Of a stretch of 64,000 nucleotides of DNA, positions 12,172-24,300 are shown piece by piece. The notes below the pieces were generated by a model. The model was not told where the DNA came from. It did no database searches and was given only the letters and a program-made list of their open reading frames with translations. The translations under genes were made by a program, and so were the position numbers. The stretch comes from Podarcis tiliguerta. Its lineage: Eukaryota. Where the stretch lies: NCBI GenBank assembly GCA_965153285.1, contig OZ229111.1, one strand, 5' to 3'. Every line of letters starts with the position of its first letter. Positions within the stretch are counted from its first letter, which is position 1.

Positions 12172-14258
12172 GTATGGAGAGCCAAAGAAGAAAGAGTGAG
12201 GGGGAAAAGAATGAATGAGGACATTTTTCTCTCCACAGTCTCCTCCATTTCCTCCCAGGCAGCCTGGAGAGAATTCTCTGTGCTGTCTGAAATATCGGAG
12301 AGATGAAGAGTTTAAGGGGACAAAACTGTGTAAATGGAAGCCCACCTTCCCTCTGTCACATGAACACATGAAGATACCTTCATATCATTGCTGTCTGACT
12401 CAGTATTTTCTATATTCTCAACTTTCCAGGGTTTCAGGCAGTGGTCTTTACCAGCCCCATCTATGAAGATTCCTGAGTTGAACTTGGGAACTATTTTATG
12501 CAAAGTGTGTGCTCTGTCACTGACTTACTTGCACTTGCATATACCCCACCACCACCTCCAAAAATATATAGAGAAGGATAGAGTTGTGACTAGACTTGCT
12601 AACATTCACTGGGGGGTCGGGGTCCTGCTCAACACAGCTGCCTCTCTGCAAATTCATGCACCAACCAAAGGACAATGAGATTCATACAGTGTTTGAACTC
12701 TCACTGTGGGCTGATTCTTGAAACCATTTGAGGCTCATCTGTGACATTCTGGACTGGTTAGGGGAACGTTTCAACATACCACCTGCTTGCAATTTGCCAA
12801 ACCTATAGCTGAGTCCCCTTCTGGGAGATTTTGGAGGAAGTAGCACATTGCATTATGGAGACATGTGGAAACACTTGCTTGGCCAGTTCCCACGTGCTCC
12901 AGATGAGACAAAAGTGGTGATGTAAGGTGGTCCTTGGAATCATTGCTTCTATTTTGTGTGGAAGATTCTGCTGGATTTTTTTTTTTAAAAAAGTAAACAG
13001 CCTTTCACAGTTTGAGCATGTTATTGGTCGATGCACATTCTATGCAAATACTCACTTGAATGATCTGTAGTGTAGGCAGATGCAAACAGAAGACAAGCTG
13101 TGTTGCATATTTAGGTGCCATCTCTTGAGAGGAGGTGTGACTGTCCTGAAAGAAGCCACCGAGTACCTAAGCTATATCAGAGTACCTTCAATTTTAAACC
13201 ACTCTTGAATCAAGGTCCCAGCTGGACTGTTGTAAGAAGGGTAAAGAAGCCAAACAGAACCTGAGTTTTCTTCTAAAGTGGATTGCTCTTCACACATAGC
13301 TTAAGAAGTCGTATCTGTCTGCAGTCTGGCTGCCCGGGAATCTCCATGGCCATCGTCATCTCATAGAGTACAGAACATACTCCCATAATTGTGAATTAAA
13401 TGTGGGAACATGTTGGCAGTTTAGAAACTCATAGAGCTTGAGTGGGCCTTCCAATGGACAAGGGATGAGTTGCATTCAGCCAGACTGCACTTACATGAAT
13501 ATAGTAAGTGAACCATGTTACGTACTTCTGTTCCTTGGGAGGGTGGACACCATATTTCTGTATGACTGAATCCTTTTCAGTCCCCAAGGGAAAAATAAAA
13601 GCTGAGTTTCAAACAAGCATTTATAGGAATTGGCTTATAGTCTACACTGATTCCCAGATGTTTTTATAGTAGAACTGGATTGGGAAACTTGTGGCCTTCC
13701 AAATGTTGCTGGACTCCCAACTCTGACCAGCCAAAGCCAGCATGGCCAGTCTTCAGGAACTGTGGGAGTTGGGGAGCCACAGTTTCTCCATCACGGTAGC
13801 AGAGGATGCAGACTAGATGTCTTGTTACGCATGCCCCAAACCGGCACTTGGTAAAAGACCAAGTGGAAGGATAGCCAATGCAATGCCCTCCTAATGTTGT
13901 TGGACTACAACTTTTCATCAGCTGCAGCCAGCATAGCCAATAGGGATGTTGGGAGTCATGGGCTACAACATTAGAATCACACTGCCTTGGCTATCTGTGC
14001 CTTTGTAAGACCAAGAGCTAAGGCTGTCTTGGCACCTGCAGCCCTTTGCTTTATGGGATGATTACAGAGGATGTAATCATCCTTCCGCTTGGGTTTGATC
14101 CTGGCAAGGTGAGGTTTCCCTGCGAAAGGGTTAGTAGGTCTCTTGGAACTGATTGTGCACTGCAAACACACTTCATTGTGTTTGTGCTTTCAGGAGTGAG
14201 TCAAGCTCCATGTGTCCCATGTAACGTTTCGCCGCTTGGTCCTCTGGTGGTGAGAAGA

Positions 14259-15299
14259 ATGGGGTCTGTTTCAGAGATGCTCACAGCGGTGCCCCTTCAC
14301 CAGAGGCCCGATCTCCTAGAGGCCTGTGCCGACCTCATCAATGAAGAGTGGAAACGGAGCAGGACTTCCCGCATCCACTCCCTGCAGAGATCCAGCAACA
14401 GCTTCCCCATGTGCCTGGTGCTGATTAGGACCCAGAGGTCAGTGGAAGACACCGCGGAAGGGAAGACGGCCAAGAGTCAGTGCCAACTCCTGGGGCATGC
14501 CAGGCTGTCCCGTGTGGTTGGCCAGCCCAAAAGCTTGTTTGTGGAGACGGTGGTTGTTGCCAAGGCCCTCCGGGGAAAGGGCTATGGCAGGAAGCTGATG
14601 GAAGCTGTTGAGCAGTACGCCAAGTCCCGCAGCTATAGGCGCCTGCACCTCACCACCCACGACAAGCAGCAATTCTACGCCCACCTGGGTTACAGCTTGT
14701 CCAAGCCAGTTCAGTGTGCGGGATTCACGAGTTCCCTTGTACCCATGGAGTTTCTGGAGAGCTTCTCTCCCCTTCAGCAGGACAAGGAACTTCCCACAGG
14801 GCCTGGGAAGCGTGAGCCAAGTGCATCTTGCAGCAGGAGATGCGGAGCAAGCCTTCCTCCATTGCCACCTTCAGCACACCTTTCCTCATTCGCGGTTTGC
14901 TCAGCGGCTTCTCCTCCCCCACCACCCCCATTGCTTCCTGTTCATTCTTATCTGCCAGCAGCCGCCACCATTTCTCCCCCTCCCCGCCTGCCAGCTTCTG
15001 TAGCTTCCCACAGTTCCTCTTCCCAGGCCATGAATGCTTCTGTTCCGCCCTCGCAATCAGCCACCGTGCCTCTTTTTGCTGCAAACCTTCCTCCCCCTCC
15101 CCCGCCTCCTCTTCCTCCACCTCTGCCCATGGCCCTTTCGGCAGGCCATCCCGATTCCTGCAAATCTGCCTCTTCTGGCCCATCGGGGGACAAAGCCCAG
15201 AACCAGCTGTTTCTAGAAACGCCATATCGTGACCTGAAAGGGCGGCCCATATTCTGGATGGAGAAGGACATCTCACCCTTTCACCATGTACCTGTGTGA
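14259..15299 (+). CDS. NAA80: N-alpha-acetyltransferase 80 (NAT6/FUS2, actin N-terminal acetyltransferase), 346 aa
   Basis: Family motifs LLEACADLINEEWKRSRTSRIHSL, GHARLSRV, Ac-CoA motif LRGKGYG, LHLTTHDKQQFYAHLGY, poly-Pro loop, C-terminal IFWMEKDI. Acceptor TTTCAG at 14193; strong Kozak agaATGg at 14259. Confidence 0.96.
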   Translation: MGSVSEMLTAVPLHQRPDLLEACADLINEEWKRSRTSRIHSLQRSSNSFPMCLVLIRTQRSVEDTAEGKTAKSQCQLLGHARLSRVVGQPKSLFVETVVVAKALRGKGYGRKLMEAVEQYAKSRSYRRLHLTTHDKQQFYAHLGYSLSKPVQCAGFTSSLVPMEFLESFSPLQQDKELPTGPGKREPSASCSRRCGASLPPLPPSAHLSSFAVCSAASPPPPPPLLPVHSYLPAAATISPPPRLPASVASHSSSSQAMNASVPPSQSATVPLFAANLPPPPPPPLPPPLPMALSAGHPDSCKSASSGPSGDKAQNQLFLETPYRDLKGRPIFWMEKDISPFHHVPV

Positions 15300-15633
15300 G
15301 TGTGATGAAGATGAAATGACGGCTGAACGAGCAGAGATGCTGAGAAGAAAAGCTCAGCTTCGGATCCAGTGAGATGGGCTGTGAGAGAACTATTCTAACA
15401 CAAACAAAGCCAATAGATTCTATCTTCCACGGTTGTTTTTCCCAGAATTCTTTTCAGACAAGAGCCCATTTTCATGCCATAAAAATGTGAAATTCGCTTA
15501 GACAATGATCTATTTTGGATATACTTTCAAGGCCATCCACTGTCCCCCATTGTCTTCCAGTGGTGGTTGCCATAGCTGAGTGGGTGGGCCTGTGCTGAGG
15601 CTGCCTTGCCTTCAAGTTTGATGTCATTTTATC

Positions 15634-15639
15634 AATAAA
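15634..15639 (+). terminator. Polyadenylation signal of NAA80
   Basis: First AATAAA after the stop, 335 nt downstream, followed by pyrimidine-rich sequence. Confidence 0.6.
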
Positions 15640-17109
15640 GCACCTCTGAAATATCTGAACCGTCTCCTCTGACTCTGCAGCGGATGCACAGATAGGTGTA
15701 TTTCAGAGCCCATGGAATTAATGCTAACAGAAGTCAGTGCAGATGCAGGCATCTGTTGGAGGCAGCAGTGTCCCCAGAAAGGTTAGATAAAACTGAGAGA
15801 AAGACCTATTTTGATAGGATAATGTCAGAACAGGCCGGACCTTCACAAACGCACATGATTCTAATTTGAAACCTGTATCATTCTTTGGCCTCTTGGTCTG
15901 TTCTGGGAAGCCTGCATTCCAGAAATATGTTTGTAATAGGATGCTTGCTTGATTGCAAAGGTGTTTTTTAATGGTCAGGTTAATGACTTGGTCTGAGGCA
16001 GAGATCAACTTCATGGCCTAATTTAACTGTCATGATGTTATCCTCTTAATAGATGAGGTAATGATCACAGTTAAAATGAGCCCGGTGAAATGAGTGTCCC
16101 TGGTGGTGGGCTGGATTCTGCTAAATAGCTGTGCTATTGGAAGCCAGCTCAATTAGACCTGCTAGCATAATGGGGTTCTCCTTCCTTAAGCCATGTTCTT
16201 AAATCAATGGGGGGGAGGGACAGGATAACCACAGCACAGCATACAGAGACGGGGGGAGAAGGGAGATTGCTCTGTCAGGACATTTATGTTTGCCTGATGG
16301 AACAATTTCTTTAGCAATACGTTGAATTCCAACCAATGTGTAGTACTTTCCTCTCACTCTTGAGCAACCACTATGAGGCCCAACAATTTGGAATTACAGG
16401 ATCGGGTTCCTACAGTGAAGGACACGTGTTAAAAACTTCTAGGAAAGTCAAGTCTCTCTCCAGCCTGCCACCCAATTGTTTGTGTTTAGGTGAAGGTGCT
16501 CACTGTTCCTTCTGTGACTATTTGTTCTTAAGCCTGTGGTTTCATTTCATTTCAGTAATTTATCATCATCGATTATTTGTATGCCATCTTGCCATAGTTA
16601 AATTTTGCTCAAGGCAGTATCCCACTTCTAAGGCAGTTTCACGCTTTACATGTTAGGAACATCCTTCTATATGTTAATTGTGTGCCTTCGCAGACACGTG
16701 TTGGTCATGTGCAGATGCCACATTTTTTGCAGGTAAGGTTGAAATCATTTGCAGACACATGTTAAAACTGTAGTGCGTGCGATGGCCCTAATACTCTTTC
16801 GCCTTCAGTGTGCTTGTAGGAAGCATACTTGCTGTTTCTTCTAAACTAGGCTGGCTCAGCTCTTGCTGTTATAAAATACATTCTCCATTGAGGGGGACAG
16901 TCAAAAGTTTGACGTCTGTTCCATGGAGCCCAAAGCTAGAAAATAAATGCCACAATTTTGTGGAGAATTAACATCCCATGTCCTATAGTCACAATAGCAA
17001 AATACAGTAAGAGTAATTAAAGACTTTGTACAACCATGAAACTATTTTATCACAGAAATTTAATAAGTCTCAGTCTGATGCAACTTCAAACTTCTACTGT
17101 ATATAAACA

Positions 17110-17148
<39 letters not shown>
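17110..17148. repeat. (TTA)n microsatellite
   Basis: About 12 perfect TTA units. Confidence 0.9.
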
Positions 17149-17149
<1 letters not shown>

Positions 17150-20100
17150 TCTTTACATTTATGACTTCAAAATCTTGACAATTCCTTCTTAAGAATGCAG
17201 AGCCCGAGCCCATTTGGAATTTCCATTTGGAACAGCAGTTCTGGGGATGCAGCTGAGAAAAGACTGCTGTAGGAGAGAGTGCAACTTTTATGTGTCGGTT
17301 ATCAAACAATTCCACATGCAGGCTATTGGGTGCTTGATCACAGATGCTTTCATTTCTGAATTGTGCATTGTACGCTGAGGTTTCCATTAAATGAAAATAA
17401 TCTCCAACTCATACCAAGTATTGACTCTTGCAATCCCTCACCTGAAACCGCACAAATGGCATTGCAGGTACAATGCAACACAGCTGCCAACTTGTATAGT
17501 ACCATCTACATTGTTCAATACATTTTCCTATGAAGCATTTTCATTTAAGTACATGCGAAGAAGCCATGTTCCACCACCTTCTTATATTTTTCCAATAATA
17601 ATGCTTGAAACCACACCAATAGCTTTGTCCCTTGTTTCTTGGAAGAGACAATAGATCTGTGTGGTTTGCAGGATCCCCACATTTTATTTTCAAAAGTCTG
17701 GTCACCTTGGGTTGTTTTCCTCTGTACCTACTACTACTACTACTAATAATAATAATAATAATTGAATTTATATACCGCCCTATACCTTCAGGTCTCAGGG
17801 CAGTTCAGAGTTCTGGTCCCTCAAAGTAAAATGAGGTCCCCTCCAAAAAAACCCCACAATCTTATGCAAAGTTCCTCTGATCATACAAATAAAATCATGA
17901 ACGAATGTATGCTCTGGACACCTCTCTTTTGTATGTAGGGATTGTTCATCTTCTGTGAAGGTGTTGTGGAATCTGACACTTTCTGCCAAAGAAATTGACC
18001 ATGCCGCAAGTATTATGCCTTCAGTGTTTCATCCTTCTCTGCTCATTATAGGTGATTTATGTGGCATGAAGCAATGGAAATGGACAGCAAGTCAATAGTA
18101 GGGTTCATTATTTGCTTGCAGATTCAGGATCCGGGGAGCCACTGCCAGACAATGTAGAGAAGGACAACACTGAGCTTCATAGACCAATTGTCTGCTTCTA
18201 ATTCTAAAGCAGCTTCTTTCATTCCTAAGGGGAAGGGATACCCTTGATTGCCTGACAGATAGATTAGCTTCAGCTCTGCTTCTTAAACCCTTTGCTGGGC
18301 CTGTTCACATGAACTGTTCACTGTGTTGGCTGTTGCACATGCACAGAATTGGCCACGTAGCTAGTTCAGTTCACATCTGGCCAAAACATGGTTGATCTAT
18401 CTGAATTCAGTCCAGTTTGTGTGTGTGCTGATCTGATTGCATGAGACTTGAGCACAGGCTGAAATAGCAACATGGACTATATAGCACTGCAGATTACAGA
18501 CCAGAGTCTCTCTTGGCTTCACACCTTTGCTCTTTTGAACCCATCTGGCAGTTTCTCCTGCAAAAGTACACATCACTGATGTAGCTGGGAAAGCCTCATG
18601 CTTTAAGCACCATACACAGAAGACTGATAAGGAGATTGCTCCAAAAACTAATATATCCAGACCCTGCGAGCACCATCTGAGGCTCTTCTCTGTGTGCCCC
18701 CTAAAGACAGGTTCAGAAGGTGGCAATTAGGGAGAGGGCACTCCTATCTATGTAATGCTCTCCCCATTGAAACCCTCCTGGTACTAACCCATGTCTTTGG
18801 TGCCAGGTTAAAACAATCGCCTACATCCCAGAGTATGAGAAATATTTGATGGAATATAATTAGGCTTATATGTTTGGGGTTGCTTTTTAGTTGTAAATAA
18901 TGTTAATATTGTTTTCTTTTTAGAGATTGGTTTGGGGGTTGTGTGTGTTATGCTTCTGAATTATTTCAGTTTATTGTTTTATTATTGTTGGGACCGATTG
19001 GTTTCAGGTGAAAAATAAGTTAAATAAGTGTGGGTTTTTTTAAAAAGTCACAACACAACAAGCTGCATTTTAAAAAGGTCAGTCCAAGCCATCAGACTCT
19101 GAAGCACGTGAATTGGCCTCTGTAACTACACATTAGCAGCTATTACATGTTCTTCTTCCTCCCACACTTGCTGCCTTCCACAATGAACTTGGCAAACTGC
19201 AAACCAATTTGAGTTCTTGTTTACTTCTACAAAAACCTGTAGATTTAAACCTACCAAGTTGTCTGAACAATCAGGCAAGGAAAAATGAATTTTTGTTATA
19301 TTTTTATTTTTTTTACTTGCTGGTGCAACGTAAGTCAACAAAACATGACTTAGTTAACCATGACACTTGATTAGGGATCTTTTACCATAAGAGCAGAATC
19401 AGCTTTCTAACCATGCTGCCATGAGGTGGCTGCCCTGAGGCAACCATACAGGTAGCAATTGTTTTGAGTCTGGCTCAGTTCTACTGAGTAACTCGTTCTG
19501 CCATGGTATAGCCGCCCCAGATAGAAATGGGGTGCAGTAGGTGATGATGTCATCAAATTTGGGTACTAACAATGCAGCTGGGCTGGTCACATCAGCACTT
19601 CTGGCTCAGATGTCCTGTGGAATGAGAAGAGCGGACTGCAAGCTTGTGGAGTAAGCGCAATTATTTATTCAATTTACTTCCCTCTCTTCCGCCTGAAGGA
19701 GCTCAAGGTGACAAATATTATTCTTATGTTACTTGTGCTATTTGTAAGCCCATGGTTGCAATTTATTCCACTTTTCAGCATGCAGGAAACTCAGCCTACT
19801 AATAAAGAGCCTACTAATAATGGGAGGGAGGATTCAGTAAAGTGATCCCTGTTGCCAGCTGTCTGCTCTTAAGACTTCACAGTAGAGGGAAGCAGGATGT
19901 TTTCCTGCATGTAGATTAGCACATCAAAATGTTTCGGTATTGTTAGGATGGTGAGACTATAATTTGGTTCGTTTCTACTTTTCCTATCCGACTCTCCCAT
20001 ACAAAATTCCTCAATAAACAGATTTTTCTGCTGGGAAGTTGGCTGGGCTATGATTGGTGCTTTTATATTCACCAACTTCAGCAATATGCAATTTTAAAAA

Positions 20101-22700
20101 ACCAGAATAATGCCCGCCCTAGCCTTGATCAAATTGTTGTAGTTGTAACATACTAATCTTCAAATCTTCTTCCCCATGAATGGCGACTCTTGCTTCTACT
20201 CCTAGGCTAACATTACCTTCATATATTCTTTAATCCATATTGCTGTACACACTTGGTTCATTAATACATCACTCCTGAGTCGAGGTTATAAAAGCTGGTG
20301 AATTATGCAAATCAGCATGCCTGCTGAGAAGGAAATTGTGGAAATGACAAATGAGTTCTTTTGAATTGCACAAAGCCCAAAAATCTGTTTTCAGCGTCAG
20401 AGCTGAGCTTTGAAATAACATGAAATAAGCATGTGAGAGTCTTGTTCTCACATTACTGAGTAACCAAAACCACCATTAAGGATTCGACTCCAGCACTTCC
20501 CATTTTACATATTAATGTTTTAATTATGAAAAGGGGCTTTTTCAAGCCTGGGAGTGTACAGCAATGTCCAATTCCTGGTTGTCAAGTCCCATCTCTGAGC
20601 ATGTGAGGCTGTTTCTGACAACTCACTCAATACGATAATTCTTAGCTTGTATGCCCAGGGGTGCACCTATGGGATGGTGAAAATGGCCCCTGCAAAAATC
20701 TCCCCAGATTGCTCTGACCAAGAGAGTTAAGTTGTGTGGGCCAAAAGTCGTGAGAGGCAGATTGCCTGGATGACAGAATCATCTCAGAAAAAATTGAGAT
20801 ACTGGAGTAGAGGGGGTGATTTTAGACAAATAATGCAGCTATTGCGGTAAAGCGGGTTTTTCAGGGGTAGGGCATCAATACAGCTCCTTGCCAAGGGCGC
20901 ATGAGACCCTTTTTTATGTTTCACCCCTTCTGTGCCCTGGGCACTTCAATTTGTGAGTAGATTTGCATAGATCTTTTCTGCAATAAGGAACACTCTTCAC
21001 ACTTAAGTGAAGCCAAATATCCTTAGTAAATTCAAAACTCTTGAGACACCTAGCAATAGCTTTACATCAAACTGTGGTTAGAGGAAAAGTTGGAGAAAGG
21101 AAAATAATGCTATGATTTCTATGCATTAACAGTAACATGAAGATCAGAGCGCACATCATGGCAGGAAAGAGGCTAGGAGAAAGGATGTTTTACCACACCT
21201 GTTCCACTAAAAGGAAATATTGCAACACAGAGAGATGATGTCTGGGGTTTTCCATGCCGACTCAGGAAGCAGAATGCTTACCTGATCCCAAGATGATGGC
21301 ATGGCAGTATGCTTATCTAGTCCCAAGATGATTGCAAAACCAGTCATCGAATTGGCCTGTCTAATAAAGTTTGAGTTTGAACCCTGGTGTTCCTTTGCAG
21401 GGAGGGGGTGGGCTGGGGGTTTGTGCATGTGATGTTAATGATGACCTGTTGGCTTCAGAGTGGCCATGTGGTTCTGATCCTAAACCACACCTGATTCATT
21501 GGACAGGCTGGCTCAGACAATATGCCCTATTAATTCATTAGCTTGTCTCTAGTTCAGAGGCTGGCTAGCTAGTCAGTAGTTCAACTAGGGAAGGATCCTG
21601 GCATGCAGTTTCTTAGGTATTATTCTAATCCTCCGTAGTGCAGTGTTAAGAGTGGGAAATGAAGCCAGGGGGGATGACACAGAGCAAACAAAACAAAACC
21701 AACAAGTGGAAGCAGCCCAGTTGGTGTTTTTGGCTTCTCCATTGTGGAAAAATACCTGGCAGCATAGATGCCTGTGTAATCCAAACAGCTTCTGTTCCCA
21801 AGTAAGGTGACTTTAGGTAAGTTTACACATCAGCCAGTACAGCCAGCTCTCCTCTTCCTGGTGTTCAGCCTTTCCCTCTCCTTGGGTTTACCTCATGAAT
21901 TTATCTCCCTTAAAACTTAGAGACATAAGACACTTACCCCAAGATACCTTGATATTCAAGGTAAGCAATCCCATTTGGAATACATGTCAAGCCCAGATAT
22001 CCAGGTTTAAAATACAATAAAAAATATTGAGACGCTAGCTGAGTTAATTATATTCATGTCCCACATTTTCTCAAGGAGCTCCAGGTGACTGGCATGGTTG
22101 CCTCTTCCCTGTAAAATCCGTGAGACCTTGTTAGGCCTCCTCGTATGGTGGTTTGGCCCAAACCATCGTCACCTGTCCATTACCTGATGTCATATGATAG
22201 CAGGTGCAGCCCCAGTGCCCAATTCAGAAGGAAGAATGAAGAACACAATCTTAAGTTTGCAGCTGCAGGTTTAAATTTTAATCACCTCACATCATATGGT
22301 TCCAGGTAATTGCTGACTAGCATTCTTGTACACCTGTCAAAGCGGCCTATGGAGGGTGGGCCAGTTCTGGATCCAACCTGAGCGGGCCAGTCCCACCTAC
22401 CCCACCCCCCTGGGCAGGGGGGAAATGATTTCCAAAGCCACCCAGTGATTTATGGGGAGCATGGATTCAAAACTGCCTTGCTTACCTTGGCACATCATGT
22501 CGCCTTGGTAAGCGGTTTTGAACCTGGCTGTCCCTAGCCATAATCTGAGCCTAACTGCTACACTGCCCTGGCCCTGTGTGTCAGATATTTAAATTCAGGG
22601 GGAAGATCTTACTCTGTCTTTCCCCTCTCCCTGCCAGGGTGCACATTTGTAAACAAAGCAGGAGGGGCCCCAGAAGAGACATTGGCTTCTTACACCCACC

Positions 22701-23621
22701 ATGATCCTGGACAAAACCATTTCGGTCCGCATCATCTTCCTCCTTGGAGTCATCCAGTGCCTGAGAGGGTATAGCTGGGAGCAGACGACAGCCAGCTCTG
22801 TTTTCCAGCAGGAGCCATTTGTGGTGGTGTGGAATTTGCCCACAGCTAAGTGTCGAGAGCATTTTGGGATCACCCTGCCTCTGGAAGCCTATGGCATTGT
22901 GGAGAACAAGGACAATGCTTTTCGTGGCCAGAACATAACCATTTTTTACAAGAACAAGTTTGGGCTCTATCCCTACATCTCCCCAGATGGCAAATGGCAC
23001 AATGGAGGGATACCTCAGAACGTCGATCTGAAGAAGCACCTGGAGACGGTCTCAAGAGATGTTTTGGAAAGCCTGAAGCCTGATTTCCAGGGACTGGCCG
23101 TGGTGGACTGGGAGGAGTGGCGGCCTCTCTGGAGGCGGAACTGGGGCCCCAAGAACGTGTATAGGGCGGCCTCTGAAAAATGGGCAAGGAACAGAAGGCC
23201 TGATGAACCCCTCACAGAGCAATCTTATGTTGCGGAGATAGAGTTTGAACAGGCAGCTCGGGCCTTCATGGAGAGAACTCTAAAAATGGGGAAGTCTCTG
23301 AGGCCACAGGGATTCTGGGGCTTCTATGGGTTCCCTGACTGTTTCAATTACAACTGGGAGAACGAAGAGAACTACACTGGTCATTGCAACCCCACAGAGG
23401 TCCAGTGGAATGATCATCTCATGTGGCTCTGGAAGGTTTCATCTGCCCTCTATCCCAGTATCTACCTCTCACCAAAACTCCCAACATCTTACCACCAGAG
23501 TTATGTTCACCACCGCCTCAAAGAAGCATTTCGCGTGGCACAGTTTGGCGTGAAGCAGCCTCTCCCTGTGATCGCATATTCCAGAGTCTCCTACAGACAT
23601 TCTCCACGGTACCTGACTGAG
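22701..23621 (+). CDS. HYAL3: Hyaluronidase-3 coding exon 1 (signal peptide plus most of the GH56 domain)
   Basis: PFVVVWNLPT, GQNITIFYKNKFGLYPY, HNGGIPQ, catalytic DWEEW, SALYPSIYL; closer to HYAL3 than HYAL1 as I recall them. Acceptor CCAG at 22637; donor GAG|GTAAGA at 23621, phase 0. Confidence 0.95.
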
Positions 23622-23699
23622 GTAAGAAGTGAGAGGTGCCAACTGCGTACAATAGGTCCAGGCACTTTTCATCAATGGTAGCAATTGAATAAAGGTTAA

Positions 23700-23790
23700 G
23701 GCTGCAATCCTAAACCCACTTTACCTGGGAGTAAGCCCCACTGAATTCAGTAGGACTTACCTCTGAGTAAACACAGCTAGGACTGAGGTG
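23700..23790. mobile_element. Small palindromic MITE (GGCTGCAATCCTA family); diverged copies at about 2390-2443, 4338-4392, 6765-6812 and 61665-61750
   Basis: Imperfect inverted-repeat structure that recurs several times in the window. Confidence 0.55.
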
Positions 23791-23847
23791 CACATCTCTT
23801 ATCTAGCTGGAAACTTCCTTCTGTGGGGAATATTAGCTGCCACCATA

Positions 23848-23998
23848 CAGTGAGGGGGGAAAGTATTTGATCCCCTGTTGTTATTTTGTCTCTCACAGCT
23901 GCAATAAACCTACCATTAAAATTATGGACTCGTCATTTCTTCGTCAGAGGGCAAACGGCCAAATTTAGCAGGGGATCAAATACTTTCCCTCCTCTCTG
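23848..23998. mobile_element. Tc1-family deletion derivative (MITE)
   Basis: About 30-bp TIRs CAGTGAGGGGGGAAAGTATTTGATCCCCTG / CAGGGGATCAAATACTTTCCCTCCTCTCTG, TA on both sides. Confidence 0.85.
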
Positions 23999-24158
23999 TA
24001 CATTCTTCATTTATTATATTTTTATCCTGTCCTTCCAAGGAGCCTGGAGTGTCACAGAGGGGGTATTTCATTACACTGTTCTCATAACAACCCTGTGAGG
24101 TAGGTTGGTTAGCCAGAGAGAAAATGATTGGCCCAAGGCCATTCAGTCAATTTAATGC

Positions 24159-24300
24159 NNNNNNNNNNNNNNNNNNNNNNNNNNNNNNNNNNNNNNNNNN
24201 NNNNNNNNNNNNNNNNNNNNNNNNNNNNNNNNNNNNNNNNNNNNNNNNNNNNNNNNNNNNNNNNNNNNNNNNNNNNNNNNNNNNNNNNNNNNNNNNNNNN
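24159..24300. other. Assembly gap (142 N) in a HYAL3 intron
   Basis: Run of N. Confidence 1.

Noticed and set aside
14046-14258. 417-aa NAA80 ORF start given in the track
   Set aside because: It starts at a non-ATG codon and runs through the polypyrimidine tract and acceptor at 14193; sequence before 14194 is intronic.
14725-15276. 183-aa antisense ORF and other overlapping ORFs in NAA80
   Set aside because: By-products of GC-rich, proline-codon-rich sequence that is poor in stop codons.
23622-23681. C-terminal VRSERC... of the 326-aa HYAL3 ORF
   Set aside because: Read-through into the intron past the donor at 23621.
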